This document shows, one piece after another, positions 48,542 to 59,164 of a DNA stretch of 64,000 bases. Position 1 is the first letter of the stretch; the number at the start of each line of letters is the position of its first letter. The position numbers were made by a program, and so were the translations under genes. The notes beneath the pieces were generated by a model. It was not told where the DNA came from and made no database searches. It saw nothing but the letters and a program-made list of their open reading frames with translations. Source of the stretch: Synechococcales cyanobacterium VAR_4_metabat_354 (GTDB lineage: Bacteria > Cyanobacteriota > Cyanobacteriia > Cyanobacteriales > Chamaesiphonaceae); NCBI GenBank assembly GCA_031414775.1, contig JANOQI010000057.1:1-64000 (forward strand), given 5' to 3'.

Positions 48542-50788
48542 ATGTCAGTAGATCCAAAGCTAAATAAATCGCCCGACAAGCCAACGATGGGAGGCGGCTT
48601 CCCCATTATTAGATATTGGGCTGAACAAACGATCACACCCACTGGCAGCAAACTATGGCAAATCCTCAATCACAAAAGTGCCTGTCTGTCTTGTGCCTGG
48701 GGCACCGGTGGCCAAAAAGGGGGCTTTGCCAACGAACTCGGTGAAACTCTCCAGCGTTGCGCGAAAAGTGTCGAAGCGATCGCGGCTGAATTGCAACCGG
48801 GGATTGAAAAACATTACTTCGATCGGCATAGTTTAAATGAACTTCAGAGCTTAACTTCCCTAGAGTCCGATCGTCTGGGAAGGCTGAGTTTTCCCGTAAT
48901 TAAACGAGCGGGTAGTAGTCACTATCAAAGAATTAGCTGGCCAGAAATTTATCAGATTGCCGCCACGGCCTTTCGTCAACCAGCCCATCGAGTGGCTTCC
49001 TATAGCTCTGGTCGTTCTTCCAACGAGGCCGCTTTTTTACTGCAGTTAATGATGCGATCGATCGGTTCTAATCACTTAGCCGATTGCTCCGATCTCTGTC
49101 ATGTCCCCTCCACCATTGGCTTACAGAATATGTTTGGCACTGGCACCTCGATGGTTAGCCTAGAGAGTCTCCGTCAAGCCGACTGTGTGGTGCTGATTGG
49201 TTCCAACGCCCCCGCGAACCATCCCCGCCTCATGAATGAACTAATTGCCTTGCGCGATCGCGGTGGTCAGGTGCTGGTGATCAATCCTATCGTTGAAGTA
49301 GGACTGGTAAAATTCGCCTCGCCCGCCCATCCACTCACTTCCCTATTAACCGGTTCAGAGATTTCTTCCCTCTATTTGCAGCCCATTCCCGGCAGCGATG
49401 TAGCATTGTTCGTCGGAATTCAAAAGGCTCTTATTGAACACAACCTCATTAAACCAAATTATTTGGAGGCTCATACGATCGACTGGCCAGCAGTAACCCA
49501 GCAAGCACAAGCCACCAGTTGGCAGCAAATTACTAGCACTTGTGGTGTGGAGCAGAGTGCCATCGAAGCAGCAGCACGAATGATTGGTCAAGCTCAGGCG
49601 GTAGTTTTTGCTTGGGCGATGGGGGTCACCCAGCAAACCAATGGAGTAGACAATGTCCATGCGATTGCTAACACGGCCTTGCTCACTGGTAACGCCGGTT
49701 GGAAAGGTACTGGCTTAATGCCCATTCGTGGCCACTCCAATGTCCAGGGCTTTGGTTCCATGGGAGTAACAGCGCATTTGCAACCCCGGATTTTGCAGGC
49801 GCTAGAAAAATTACTGGGTCGTCCGCTCAATTCCCAACCGGGCTACCGCACCCGGCAATTAATTGACGCCGCGAATGCCAACCAGGTGGATACCCTGATT
49901 TGTTTAGGCGGCAATCTCTACGGCGCGAATCCTAACCTAGCAGAAGCTCAAGCAGCGCTCGGCAAAATCGAGACGATTATCTACTTGGCCACCAAACCCA
50001 ATCCAGGACATTTCCACGGCCTAGCCAAACAAAACACGATTATTATTCCGGTCTTTAACCGCTTTGAAAATCCCCAGGCTACCACTACAGAATCTGGTAA
50101 CAATTTTGTGCGGCTCAACAATCCAGGAACTACGCATTTAGACCAAGCTGATTTAATTGCAGAAGTAGAATTTATTGCCCAGCTAGCCCACCAATTACAT
50201 GGAGAGCAACCAATTGATTGGCGGTTGTTGCAAGATCCAGTTTATGTTCGACAATTAATTTCCCAGACTATTCCAGGCTATGAAAAGATTGCGGAGATCG
50301 ATCGAACTAAAACGGAGTTCACCATCTCAGGCCGGATCTGCACCGCTGGCGAATTTCCGACCCCAACAGGCAAAGCCCAGATGTTTGTGACCCCGCTTCC
50401 CAATTTAGACTTACCAATACCCGCTCAACCGGGCGGTGATGGGACGGGCATTATGCTAGCACTAATTACTGGTCGTAGTTATTCTCAGCACAATACAGTG
50501 GTTTATAAAGAGGGCGATCGCTATCGCGGGATGCCCCATCGCAATTGTATTTTGATGAATGCTACAGATGCGCAGGCTGCTAATTTTGCAGAGCATCAAC
50601 GGGTGACAGTGCAAGGAGATGCCGGTCAGCTGGAGCAGGTGGAGATCATTTTGGGGGATGTGCGATCGGGAGCCGCTTTGATGTTTTATCCCGAAGTCAA
50701 TGTGATTTTCCAAGCACGTACCGATCCAAAGTCTAGGATTCCAGCATATAAGCGAGTACCAGTTTGGGTATATCCGACAGTCGGATAA
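48542..50788 (+). CDS. FdhF/YdeP-family molybdopterin oxidoreductase
   Basis: CLSCAW, SGRSSNE, DCSDLCH, PIRGHSNVQG and RSYSQHNT motifs. Confidence 0.9.
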   Translation: MSVDPKLNKSPDKPTMGGGFPIIRYWAEQTITPTGSKLWQILNHKSACLSCAWGTGGQKGGFANELGETLQRCAKSVEAIAAELQPGIEKHYFDRHSLNELQSLTSLESDRLGRLSFPVIKRAGSSHYQRISWPEIYQIAATAFRQPAHRVASYSSGRSSNEAAFLLQLMMRSIGSNHLADCSDLCHVPSTIGLQNMFGTGTSMVSLESLRQADCVVLIGSNAPANHPRLMNELIALRDRGGQVLVINPIVEVGLVKFASPAHPLTSLLTGSEISSLYLQPIPGSDVALFVGIQKALIEHNLIKPNYLEAHTIDWPAVTQQAQATSWQQITSTCGVEQSAIEAAARMIGQAQAVVFAWAMGVTQQTNGVDNVHAIANTALLTGNAGWKGTGLMPIRGHSNVQGFGSMGVTAHLQPRILQALEKLLGRPLNSQPGYRTRQLIDAANANQVDTLICLGGNLYGANPNLAEAQAALGKIETIIYLATKPNPGHFHGLAKQNTIIIPVFNRFENPQATTTESGNNFVRLNNPGTTHLDQADLIAEVEFIAQLAHQLHGEQPIDWRLLQDPVYVRQLISQTIPGYEKIAEIDRTKTEFTISGRICTAGEFPTPTGKAQMFVTPLPNLDLPIPAQPGGDGTGIMLALITGRSYSQHNTVVYKEGDRYRGMPHRNCILMNATDAQAANFAEHQRVTVQGDAGQLEQVEIILGDVRSGAALMFYPEVNVIFQARTDPKSRIPAYKRVPVWVYPTVG

Positions 50789-50986
50789 ATTTTTATAGTT
50801 AAAAGGAAAGATCTTAAATTGATTGCCAAATCTAGGTATTCTAGGTGTGCTGTGTAAGCTATGTAAATTTACTGAGTAAAAAATTGCTTATTTTGGGAAG
50901 TTCCGTAGATCAACCCTATTGACTCGATCGCCATTTAGGGAAAATGTGAATGTTCAAAACATCACATCTACTAGTTACCAACCCCG

Positions 50987-51787
50987 ATGGCCACTGCAAA
51001 CGCTGCTACCCCCGCTGCCGACAATCGCAACACGGAATCAATATCCTTATTGATGACCTATCACGAAAAACCGAGTGTCCCGGTTCGCAACAAATTAGTC
51101 CTACTCAATGCTGGTTTAGTTCGACAAGTAGCCCATCGTTTGAGTCGCCAGTGTGTAGAAAATTACCAAGATTTAGAACAAATTGGTTACTTAGGCTTGA
51201 TTCGAGCGATCGAGCGATTCAATCCTTATCAAGGCTGTGCCTTTAGCTCCTTTGCCATCCCCTACATTCGCGGCGAAATTCTGCACTTTTTACGGGATCG
51301 GAGCAGTGCCGTCAAGATTCCCCGCCGCTGGCAAGAACTAAAAAGAGAAGGCGAAAAAATGCGGCAACATCTCACCTTAATTCTCGATCGGAAGCCCAGC
51401 GATGTCGAAATTGCTGATGCCCTGCAAGTTACCATTGAAGAATGGTGCGCAGCCCAAGCCGCTGATCGCAACCGTCAAACTTTGAGCTTAGATGCCACGA
51501 TCGGTCACATGATGGATTATCCAGTAACTTTAGGTGATAGTCTTCCTGATATTTATGAACAGAATCGGCAACATGTAGAAGAAGAACGTCAACAGCTGGT
51601 AGGTATGATTAATCAGCTAGAGCGAAAAACGCAACAGGCGATCGAATGTGTCTATATCCAGGGGATGCCGCGAAAAGAAGCTGCCGAAAAAATTGGTGTT
51701 AGTCCCATGACTGTTACCCGCCACTTGCAAAAAGGAGTCAAACAGCTCTCCACCATGATGAATAACAATTGTAGTGTGGCAATCTAG
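50987..51787 (+). CDS. sigF: Group 3 RNA polymerase sigma factor SigF
   Basis: DLEQIGYLGLIRAIERF, IPYIRGEILHFLRD and GVSPMTVTR motifs. Confidence 0.9.
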   Translation: MATANAATPAADNRNTESISLLMTYHEKPSVPVRNKLVLLNAGLVRQVAHRLSRQCVENYQDLEQIGYLGLIRAIERFNPYQGCAFSSFAIPYIRGEILHFLRDRSSAVKIPRRWQELKREGEKMRQHLTLILDRKPSDVEIADALQVTIEEWCAAQAADRNRQTLSLDATIGHMMDYPVTLGDSLPDIYEQNRQHVEEERQQLVGMINQLERKTQQAIECVYIQGMPRKEAAEKIGVSPMTVTRHLQKGVKQLSTMMNNNCSVAI

Positions 51788-51794
51788 CAATTAG

Positions 51795-53879
51795 TTATTT
51801 TTCTGGCTGGAGATCATCCACTCGATCGATAATCGTCAGTTGTCCACCGCGCAAGTCTTGGTAATCAAATTCTACGCGGCGATCAAGAGCATAAGGCTGG
51901 TTTCCCTGTTCATTGCTACGGCGTTTGTTAAATCCAAAAGAACGCGTTGTCAACCGTTGGGAAGCAATACCCTGCTTCAGTAGATAGTTACGAACTGCTA
52001 CTACCCGGCGCATTCCTAAAGCTTGGTTATAGGCTTGGGAGGCACGAGGATCGGTATGACCAGACAAATCCACAGAAATGTAAGGATGGTCTTTTAGCAC
52101 CCGGGCAATTTCGATTAGTACTCGCGCCGAAGCTGGGCTAATAGTAGATTTGTTTAAGGCAAAATGCACATTGCGCGAAATGGTGAGCTTAGTCACAATC
52201 GAGGGTGACACAACTGCCAACGGTGGTGTAGGAACTTCATCTGGCGACTTCACTGTCAAAGAAGTCTCGGCCAGAGCACAATCGGCTGGAACCAGGTAAG
52301 TAGCTTTAGGCTTAACAGCAATACCCGGCATTGTAATCACGATATTATCAGCTGGTTCGGAAGTACCATATTTACGATCGCTGGCAATCGCACTTACAAC
52401 AGTACCAGGCAATAAATTTTGGAAAGTAGCTTGGAAGCGACCCTGGGAGTCGGCCATCACCTTTTTCAAGGGTTGAGATAGCGGCCCATTATTACTATCA
52501 TCGGGGTTGACTTGATAAATTTCCACTTCCGAGCCAGGATCAGCAACTCCATCTAAATTGACGCGATCGCCAATCAGATAAAATTCTGAGGCTAAAAAGC
52601 GGGGGGCATTAATGGCAGCATTCCCAGTATCGGAACGACGATTTTCGGTATTACGCGGCGGGTTAAGGCCATCACCATTTTGGAAGTCTTCGACAGCTTC
52701 GTTCCGATAAGTAATTAGATCAATACTTAAACCAGCGATTTTTTGAAAGCGATTGTTCGTAATCAGGTTGCGCCGGGATAAAGATTCTTCACTGGCAGCA
52801 AAAGCTGTAACGGCCACCCCAGAACCATTTTGGAATTCGATCGAGTTGTTAGTGACCTGGTGATCGTTGCCCATTAAGTAGATAGCCGCTCGCCGTAACC
52901 GCCGACCATTAGATTGCAGATGATTATTAGTAATTTTGACACTGCCAGCAGCAGGCTTAAAGACAAAAATTCCGCTACCATCGTTACCACAAATCAAATT
53001 ACCTTGAATTTTGTTTTGTCTCAAATTGCCTTCTAAGCGAATAGCATCAGGCATGCCTTGCGAGCCATTGCCGAAAATAGCGTTATTGGCAATTAATAAA
53101 TTGTTGGCATTGGCTTGGCTAATAATACCACTAGCACTATGGTATCCGATCGCATTGTGCCGAATCGTGGTGCCTTGGGAATTAAATACATACACCCCAA
53201 AATCGGAGGTTTGGTCAGGGATATTCCGATTAGGTAGAATACCTAGCCAGTTATTTTCAATTAGCACCCGCTGGGGAGCCGACCTGTCATCAAGCTGGGG
53301 GTAATTACTGGTACCGACAAAAATATCTGCAGCTGGGATGTTTTGGGTCGCAGCTTGGTTGCCGACCCGAAAGCCATAGATACTCAGACCAGTCACCGTA
53401 ATATCGTCAGCCATAATCGACAGACCACGATTAATTTGCTGGCCGGGAGCCGGAGTAATTTCCACCGACGGCGTAGCAAAAGTCAGATTTTGAATAGCTG
53501 CTTGGCTACGGCTCTTGCCACCATCGATCGTCACTTTACTCTTAATAATCGCCGGTAGTTCGGAGCGCAGAGCAATCTGGCTTTGGCCTTCAGATAATTG
53601 AAATTCCAGAAGATGACCGTTAGCGTTGGTCAGTACTTTTACTTGAAGTTGTTCAGCAGGGCTGAGTCGATCGAACTGAAGTTGGCCATTACTGATACTG
53701 ATGGCTTCTCTCAAAGTGAGAAATTGATCAGCAACAATTTCATCGCGATTACTGTTGATAGTAATTTTGAAATATTGCTCTGGAGCCGCGAGACTGACTG
53801 ATGGCCATAGTCCTACTAGACTAACCAGAAACAGCCGCGACAGGGAAGAATAACTAATCGGGAATAAAGTGTTTTTCAT
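51795..53879 (-). CDS. Secreted parallel beta-helix protein with C-terminal OmpA-like peptidoglycan-binding domain
   Basis: Signal peptide, LTLREAI motif, Asn/Gly beta-helix repeats, and GHTD...YNQALGMRR...DRRVEF. Confidence 0.85.
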   Translation of the reverse strand: MKNTLFPISYSSLSRLFLVSLVGLWPSVSLAAPEQYFKITINSNRDEIVADQFLTLREAISISNGQLQFDRLSPAEQLQVKVLTNANGHLLEFQLSEGQSQIALRSELPAIIKSKVTIDGGKSRSQAAIQNLTFATPSVEITPAPGQQINRGLSIMADDITVTGLSIYGFRVGNQAATQNIPAADIFVGTSNYPQLDDRSAPQRVLIENNWLGILPNRNIPDQTSDFGVYVFNSQGTTIRHNAIGYHSASGIISQANANNLLIANNAIFGNGSQGMPDAIRLEGNLRQNKIQGNLICGNDGSGIFVFKPAAGSVKITNNHLQSNGRRLRRAAIYLMGNDHQVTNNSIEFQNGSGVAVTAFAASEESLSRRNLITNNRFQKIAGLSIDLITYRNEAVEDFQNGDGLNPPRNTENRRSDTGNAAINAPRFLASEFYLIGDRVNLDGVADPGSEVEIYQVNPDDSNNGPLSQPLKKVMADSQGRFQATFQNLLPGTVVSAIASDRKYGTSEPADNIVITMPGIAVKPKATYLVPADCALAETSLTVKSPDEVPTPPLAVVSPSIVTKLTISRNVHFALNKSTISPASARVLIEIARVLKDHPYISVDLSGHTDPRASQAYNQALGMRRVVAVRNYLLKQGIASQRLTTRSFGFNKRRSNEQGNQPYALDRRVEFDYQDLRGGQLTIIDRVDDLQPEK

Positions 53880-56800
53880 GGCGCTGACGACTCCTGTTTT
53901 TGAACGGGGGTCAACGATGGTTGACTAACATCCCCAGTGACTTGTGACTCTTTCTTGGGAGGATTTAACGGTTGTTGTGAACTAGCATTCTTAGTCACTT
54001 GCGATTCCTGTTGTTGAACAGGGTTCAACTGTTGACGACCAAAGCCGCCAAATAATTCATTAACTTTGACAGTCAAGCCGACATATGGACCATTGGCATT
54101 CCGACCACCGCCATTCGGGTCATCAGATACCCCTAAGCTATAGCCAGCGGAGAGCCGCAAATCGGGAGTGAGATAGTAGCCAGCTTCGATCGCTGCACCA
54201 ACTTCACTTTGGCCAGTGGCGAATTGATTCAACCAGCGCACATCGCCAGTCAGATCCCAGTTGTAGCCGAGGCGGTAAGTAGCCCGCAGTTGACTGATGC
54301 CGATGGCACTTCCCGCTGTCAGGGACTCATCCAGATAACTGGTAGCGTTACGCAAAGCATATTTGCCTGCAAATTCCCATTGCCAGTTCGGGGCATAAAT
54401 TCCTTCTAAGGCTAAGGTGTGGTCTTCGGAGCCAGTACCGACACTGGTTAAGATACTAGTAGGCAACAAGGATGGATTTTTGCGATATTGATAACTGAGA
54501 AAGCCATTAAATTCATCGCTAACTGGATTGCGGAAGGCCATGCCCAGCTTGAGGTTAGTGGTAGCTCCCAATTGGCTAGTAGTTCCCGATCCAGCATCCC
54601 GAATAATCTGGTTGGCGGCACTGGATTGCTGGAATCTAAACAGAGCAGTCAATTCGGGTGTTAGCTTACCCGTGGCACCAGCCGAGATGTTGCTACTGCT
54701 TGCTAAATTAGAATTGCGGTATTCATAACGAGCATTAGCTTGGAAATTGGGGTTGTCGGTATAATTGACAGCCACACCATAACTATCGCCGCTAGTTACC
54801 CCTAATGAAGACGACGTTTGGCCTAAGCTATAGGGTTGAGAATATTGCTGACCAGCACCAGTAGAAACATTCACGCCACCACCAATCACTCGATCGTAAT
54901 TCAGGTCTAGCTTTAAACCAGGACTGAGGACAATCCCTTGCTGCATTCCTACTGATCCGATCGATTGAAACGGACTGAGTGAATAGCGGCCTGTCACCTT
55001 AGTACTAGGAGTCAAACTATAACTACTGTCGAAATCCAAACTCGTATAGCTAGTATCACCATACTGGGCACTGGAAATCAGGTTTTGACTGAGGCCAAGT
55101 TTGATGCCGGGGAAGACTGTCCAGTCAATGCCTAAGGCACTACGGTTCGGATAAACAACATCTTGCTGGCTGCTCAGGTTGGTTTCGTTTTGAGCACGTA
55201 AGGCCAGAGTATTAGTCAGTGGCCAGCTAAAGCGCGATCGAATCTGATCGGAAGACACATTGGCTTGATTTGGATCTAGTGTCAATCGGTCTTGACGATT
55301 ACGATTGACATAATCCACATCTAAAGTGGCGGTGCCAAACCGCTGCTGAACACCAGCTGTAATGGTTCTTAAGTCATTATCAACTAAGCCAGTTGCCGGA
55401 TTGACGGGAGTAAGTAGGTTGGCAATGTTGCCATTAACCAACGGTGGCGCACCCCGATTTTCTTCTCGATCGACCTGTAACTTTAAGCTAGTGCTGTCAC
55501 TCAGCCTGGTTAACAGATCGGCACCGTAGCGAGTTTGACCCGGTACAAAGCTGGTAGTAGCATTATTGGCAAAACCCGCTTCGCTACTGCGTAGATAAGC
55601 ACGACCGGTAGTAGCATCGCTAAATTTAAACTGGCCTTCCAGGCGCATCGCGCTGCCAGTAATGGGGCTACCAGCTCCGGTATTGTTAGAAGATCGAGCA
55701 TATTCAGCCACGATATTACTAGTGGAACCCAGAGAAATCAGGGCATCCGCACCAAGAATACTAAAGTCGCGAATACCTTGATTCTCTTGTGTCCAGCTGG
55801 CACCGATCCAACTTTCTTGACCAGCCGATCGATTGAGATTGTATTGAGCGCGACCACCATAAATATTGCTATTAGTACCGCTAGCATACTGATAAGTAGC
55901 CACTAAACGACGCACTAAGATAGTGCCATTATCAGCAACACTCGTCCGTAATAGAGGACGACGGAGTAAGATGGTACCTCGATCGTAATCTACCTCGTAG
56001 TCTAGACCTCGATTCAGAAACTCTTGTTTAACCACAGTGCCTGGTCGATCGAGTTCTTCTGATTCGATCATCAGGTTTTCGCTACCACCCAAAATCAGGC
56101 GCTGCGACAAGAAATAAATGCCACTGGTGCCATCGGGGGCAATATTGTCCCGCTGGAAGCCCTGGACATTATCACCATAGAAGCCACTTACTAAAAGGTC
56201 ACCAAAGTTGTAGTTTAGTTTAGCACCGTGCAAGTTGCGGTTGGTGGCGGTGAATTGCTGCGATCGATTAGCAAACTCGTTGGTGCCATAATCGCCCCAC
56301 ATGGCCATATTTGGCACATTTCCTAACACCCCAGTAGAGCTTTCTACTTTTAAGAAAACGCTATCGCGGGAAGGAGTCAACACGTCTACTTTAGAAGTAT
56401 CACCATAAACTGGATAAACTTCTTCGCAAGATTGACTACTGTAAGTATCACGAGAGAGTCGATCGTTAGTACCACACAGTTTATTAAGTGGCCGATCGGT
56501 ATTTAGAGCACCAGTTACCGCCCAGTCTCCAATGCGACTAGTGGCAAAAGCCTGGCCTCGTACTTGGAGTTGAGTACTATTATCTCGATCGATCGGCAAG
56601 AATTCGGTGAAAGGCCGATAGTAATCGGTACCCCGCGCTCCCAGGCGGAAGTCTACTACACCAGTAGCGATCGAACTGCGTAAGTTGGTTTCAAACTGTA
56701 CCTGGGCAAAGGCTTCCAGATTTAGGTTGGTGGCACGGACGCGGACTGTTTGGGCATCTAAGCCTGCTCGCAACTTGGCAGTGAATCTTCCTTTTTGGAC

Positions 56801-57496
56801 AGGTACCTGAAATCCCGGTTGATCCTTGTTAGTGTCAATACCGGCAAACTCACCAGCACTAGTATAGAGAGTAACGATGCCATCTTGTTTGGTAACGTTA
56901 CCATTGTCATCGAGTAGCTGACCATCTAAGTTAACTAGAGACCGACCATCAGCTGGAATGCGAGTTTCGGCGCTGTTCAGTTGGATCTTAGTTGGTGTCC
57001 CGGTTACTTGGATCGTAGTGGTGGATACTTCGCCTTGGCTGGTTTTGGCGGTAACAGTATTTTTACCAGCACCGAGGGATACCCCATACCAAGTCTGGGT
57101 AATTAGCTTAGTGCGGCTATCAGTTTCGGTACGACCAATTAGTTTACTATCGACTGGTTGATTGTTGACTTTTAGCTCAACTGTGCTACCAACTTGATAT
57201 TGTAAAACGACGGTAGTCGCTGGAATATCTAAGACACTATTGGGGGTAGGAGCCAGAATCTGGACGGCTGGCGAACGCTGATTTTCAGGAGCGGGCGGTG
57301 CTGGCGCTGTTCCTACAGGAACAACTATAGTAGGTGTAGCTGGTGAAATATTTTGTTCAGCTGGGGCTGACGATTTCACTGGTGCCACGGCATCAGTTTG
57401 AGCAAGGGCAGGGTTGACTAGTAGCAGTCCGAGGCTACTAATTGCTGTACCCAGGCATAAAGCTCTGAGCATTGTGACTATCAGTTGATGCTGCAT
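53876..57496 (-). CDS. Large outer-membrane protein (N-terminal Ig-like domains plus predicted large beta-barrel)
   Basis: Signal peptide, IPADGRS Ig-like motif, and a long region of alternating amphipathic strands ending YVGLTVKVNELF. Confidence 0.75.
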   Translation of the reverse strand: MQHQLIVTMLRALCLGTAISSLGLLLVNPALAQTDAVAPVKSSAPAEQNISPATPTIVVPVGTAPAPPAPENQRSPAVQILAPTPNSVLDIPATTVVLQYQVGSTVELKVNNQPVDSKLIGRTETDSRTKLITQTWYGVSLGAGKNTVTAKTSQGEVSTTTIQVTGTPTKIQLNSAETRIPADGRSLVNLDGQLLDDNGNVTKQDGIVTLYTSAGEFAGIDTNKDQPGFQVPVQKGRFTAKLRAGLDAQTVRVRATNLNLEAFAQVQFETNLRSSIATGVVDFRLGARGTDYYRPFTEFLPIDRDNSTQLQVRGQAFATSRIGDWAVTGALNTDRPLNKLCGTNDRLSRDTYSSQSCEEVYPVYGDTSKVDVLTPSRDSVFLKVESSTGVLGNVPNMAMWGDYGTNEFANRSQQFTATNRNLHGAKLNYNFGDLLVSGFYGDNVQGFQRDNIAPDGTSGIYFLSQRLILGGSENLMIESEELDRPGTVVKQEFLNRGLDYEVDYDRGTILLRRPLLRTSVADNGTILVRRLVATYQYASGTNSNIYGGRAQYNLNRSAGQESWIGASWTQENQGIRDFSILGADALISLGSTSNIVAEYARSSNNTGAGSPITGSAMRLEGQFKFSDATTGRAYLRSSEAGFANNATTSFVPGQTRYGADLLTRLSDSTSLKLQVDREENRGAPPLVNGNIANLLTPVNPATGLVDNDLRTITAGVQQRFGTATLDVDYVNRNRQDRLTLDPNQANVSSDQIRSRFSWPLTNTLALRAQNETNLSSQQDVVYPNRSALGIDWTVFPGIKLGLSQNLISSAQYGDTSYTSLDFDSSYSLTPSTKVTGRYSLSPFQSIGSVGMQQGIVLSPGLKLDLNYDRVIGGGVNVSTGAGQQYSQPYSLGQTSSSLGVTSGDSYGVAVNYTDNPNFQANARYEYRNSNLASSSNISAGATGKLTPELTALFRFQQSSAANQIIRDAGSGTTSQLGATTNLKLGMAFRNPVSDEFNGFLSYQYRKNPSLLPTSILTSVGTGSEDHTLALEGIYAPNWQWEFAGKYALRNATSYLDESLTAGSAIGISQLRATYRLGYNWDLTGDVRWLNQFATGQSEVGAAIEAGYYLTPDLRLSAGYSLGVSDDPNGGGRNANGPYVGLTVKVNELFGGFGRQQLNPVQQQESQVTKNASSQQPLNPPKKESQVTGDVSQPSLTPVQKQESSAP

Positions 57497-57499
57497 GAC

Positions 57500-59158
57500 T
57501 TATTTGACCTCACGCGCGGTAGGTGTAACGCCAAAGTTCATACGAGCTATTCCACCTGGTGCTAGTTTTACTAATCGCGATCGACTGTTTCGTTCGCTAA
57601 AATATAAGTTGGGAGCAGGGCTGTATCCGGGTAGGCTGCTGAGGTCTAGTGCGCCAGTCCGATAACCAGCGACGACTGATTGCACGGAGAACAGGCCATT
57701 GGGATCGGTAGTGATTCGGTTGCCATCATCCATGAAGATGACGGCGTTAGGAATACCGGGTTCGTTGCCCTGTTGTTGGCCATCGAAGTTTTTATCGACG
57801 AAGACACGGCCAATGAGGGTGCCGGTATCACGAATCAAACCTGGGCGAATACTCAATGTATGAGTAGCCGGACCATCAATTAGAACAGTAATATTGCTAT
57901 TATTATTGGCACTACTAACGTTATTGTAAGTACCGCTCAAGGTGGCAAGATTAAGACCAGTACCACGAATGGCATCTGTGCCTAAAGTGACGGCGTAGAC
58001 CAAATCAACAACCTTTCCAGCAGGAATGACAAATTTAGGTGCGCCGACACTACTACACAAACCATTAGCTATAGTTATCGGTACGAGCAGAGCTGTTACA
58101 GGAGTAGTCCCGATCTGGAAGCAAGCAATATTGCCTTCTTGCTTCAGAGTAACTGGCTCAGTCCTCAGACCAAAAGGAGTTGTACTACCAGGAAGAATCC
58201 TGTCATCGTACCATTGAGCCTTAATCGAATTCGGACGTATCGACATCCCGAGAGGTAAAGTATCTGTAACTATTGGGTTTAAAATATCATCAGGAGAATT
58301 ATTCTTGAGGGCAATGCGATAAACTACGGTATCACCTACTTCAGCAGTAGCTCGATCGGCACTTTTAGTAATCTTGGCAGGTTGGCTGTCACATACTCCA
58401 ATCCCAACCAAAGCGACTCTCGCCGCATCACTGACATCCACCACAACATTTTGGGTAACTCCCTCAGTAGTACTAAGCGGTTTGCCATCGAGAGAAGTAG
58501 CTCTGTAACTCAAGATACCGCCATTAAAGCCAGTAATATCTATCCGGACGCGACGTTCACCATAAGTGGAACCAGCTGGTGTTTTAACGATGAGAATATA
58601 GCTCTTGCCGATCGCAATTTGGCTCCGATTAAAAAGGAAGTTGTATCGACCTTCACCATCGGGATCGAGCGGGTATGGATTAATGTTGTCAAGGTTCGGT
58701 GGAATACGATCTTGCTGAGGAGAGCCGGCAGTGGAAGTAAGCTGTAATAAAGTAGTGGGGTCTAGATTGTTAGGTGCTACATTGTACAATCCAACAGAGA
58801 AGTCTTTATAACTAGATAAGCGTTCACCCTGACAGCCTGTGATAATACCCAGTGGATCGATTAATCCAGAAGGATCAGCGATAACTTTATTGCTAACACC
58901 CTCGATTAGGGTGTTTGGATTACCTGGATCGACGTATTGGTAATCAGCTTCGTTGATAATTTTTGGTGGTGGTGGCGGATCTACTATGGGTGGGTTATTT
59001 TGAGCGATCGAAGGCTGAGTAGAAACCAAAGTGGCCAGAACCAGCCCCGTGACACAATTTTTAAATAAATGAGATTTTGGCCGAAAGGGCTGGAATCTGG
59101 ACACGAGATTATTCCTGTAATAATTAATCGATGGGAGCTTTCGAGGGGAACCCCCCAT
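57500..59158 (-). CDS. Secreted DUF11 plus SdrD-B-like domain protein
   Basis: KITKSADRATAEVGDTVVYRI...IVTDTLP (DUF11) and GRVFVDKNFDG...EPGIPNA (SdrD B-like). True start probably downstream of 59158. Confidence 0.8.
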   Translation of the reverse strand: MGGSPRKLPSINYYRNNLVSRFQPFRPKSHLFKNCVTGLVLATLVSTQPSIAQNNPPIVDPPPPPKIINEADYQYVDPGNPNTLIEGVSNKVIADPSGLIDPLGIITGCQGERLSSYKDFSVGLYNVAPNNLDPTTLLQLTSTAGSPQQDRIPPNLDNINPYPLDPDGEGRYNFLFNRSQIAIGKSYILIVKTPAGSTYGERRVRIDITGFNGGILSYRATSLDGKPLSTTEGVTQNVVVDVSDAARVALVGIGVCDSQPAKITKSADRATAEVGDTVVYRIALKNNSPDDILNPIVTDTLPLGMSIRPNSIKAQWYDDRILPGSTTPFGLRTEPVTLKQEGNIACFQIGTTPVTALLVPITIANGLCSSVGAPKFVIPAGKVVDLVYAVTLGTDAIRGTGLNLATLSGTYNNVSSANNNSNITVLIDGPATHTLSIRPGLIRDTGTLIGRVFVDKNFDGQQQGNEPGIPNAVIFMDDGNRITTDPNGLFSVQSVVAGYRTGALDLSSLPGYSPAPNLYFSERNSRSRLVKLAPGGIARMNFGVTPTAREVK

Positions 59159-59164
59159 AAGTAA

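Noticed and set aside
50987..51787. SigF as dedicated regulator of the adjacent fibre operon
   Set aside because: The genes are merely convergent, and I found no convincing SigF-type GGGTAA promoter upstream of 62362.
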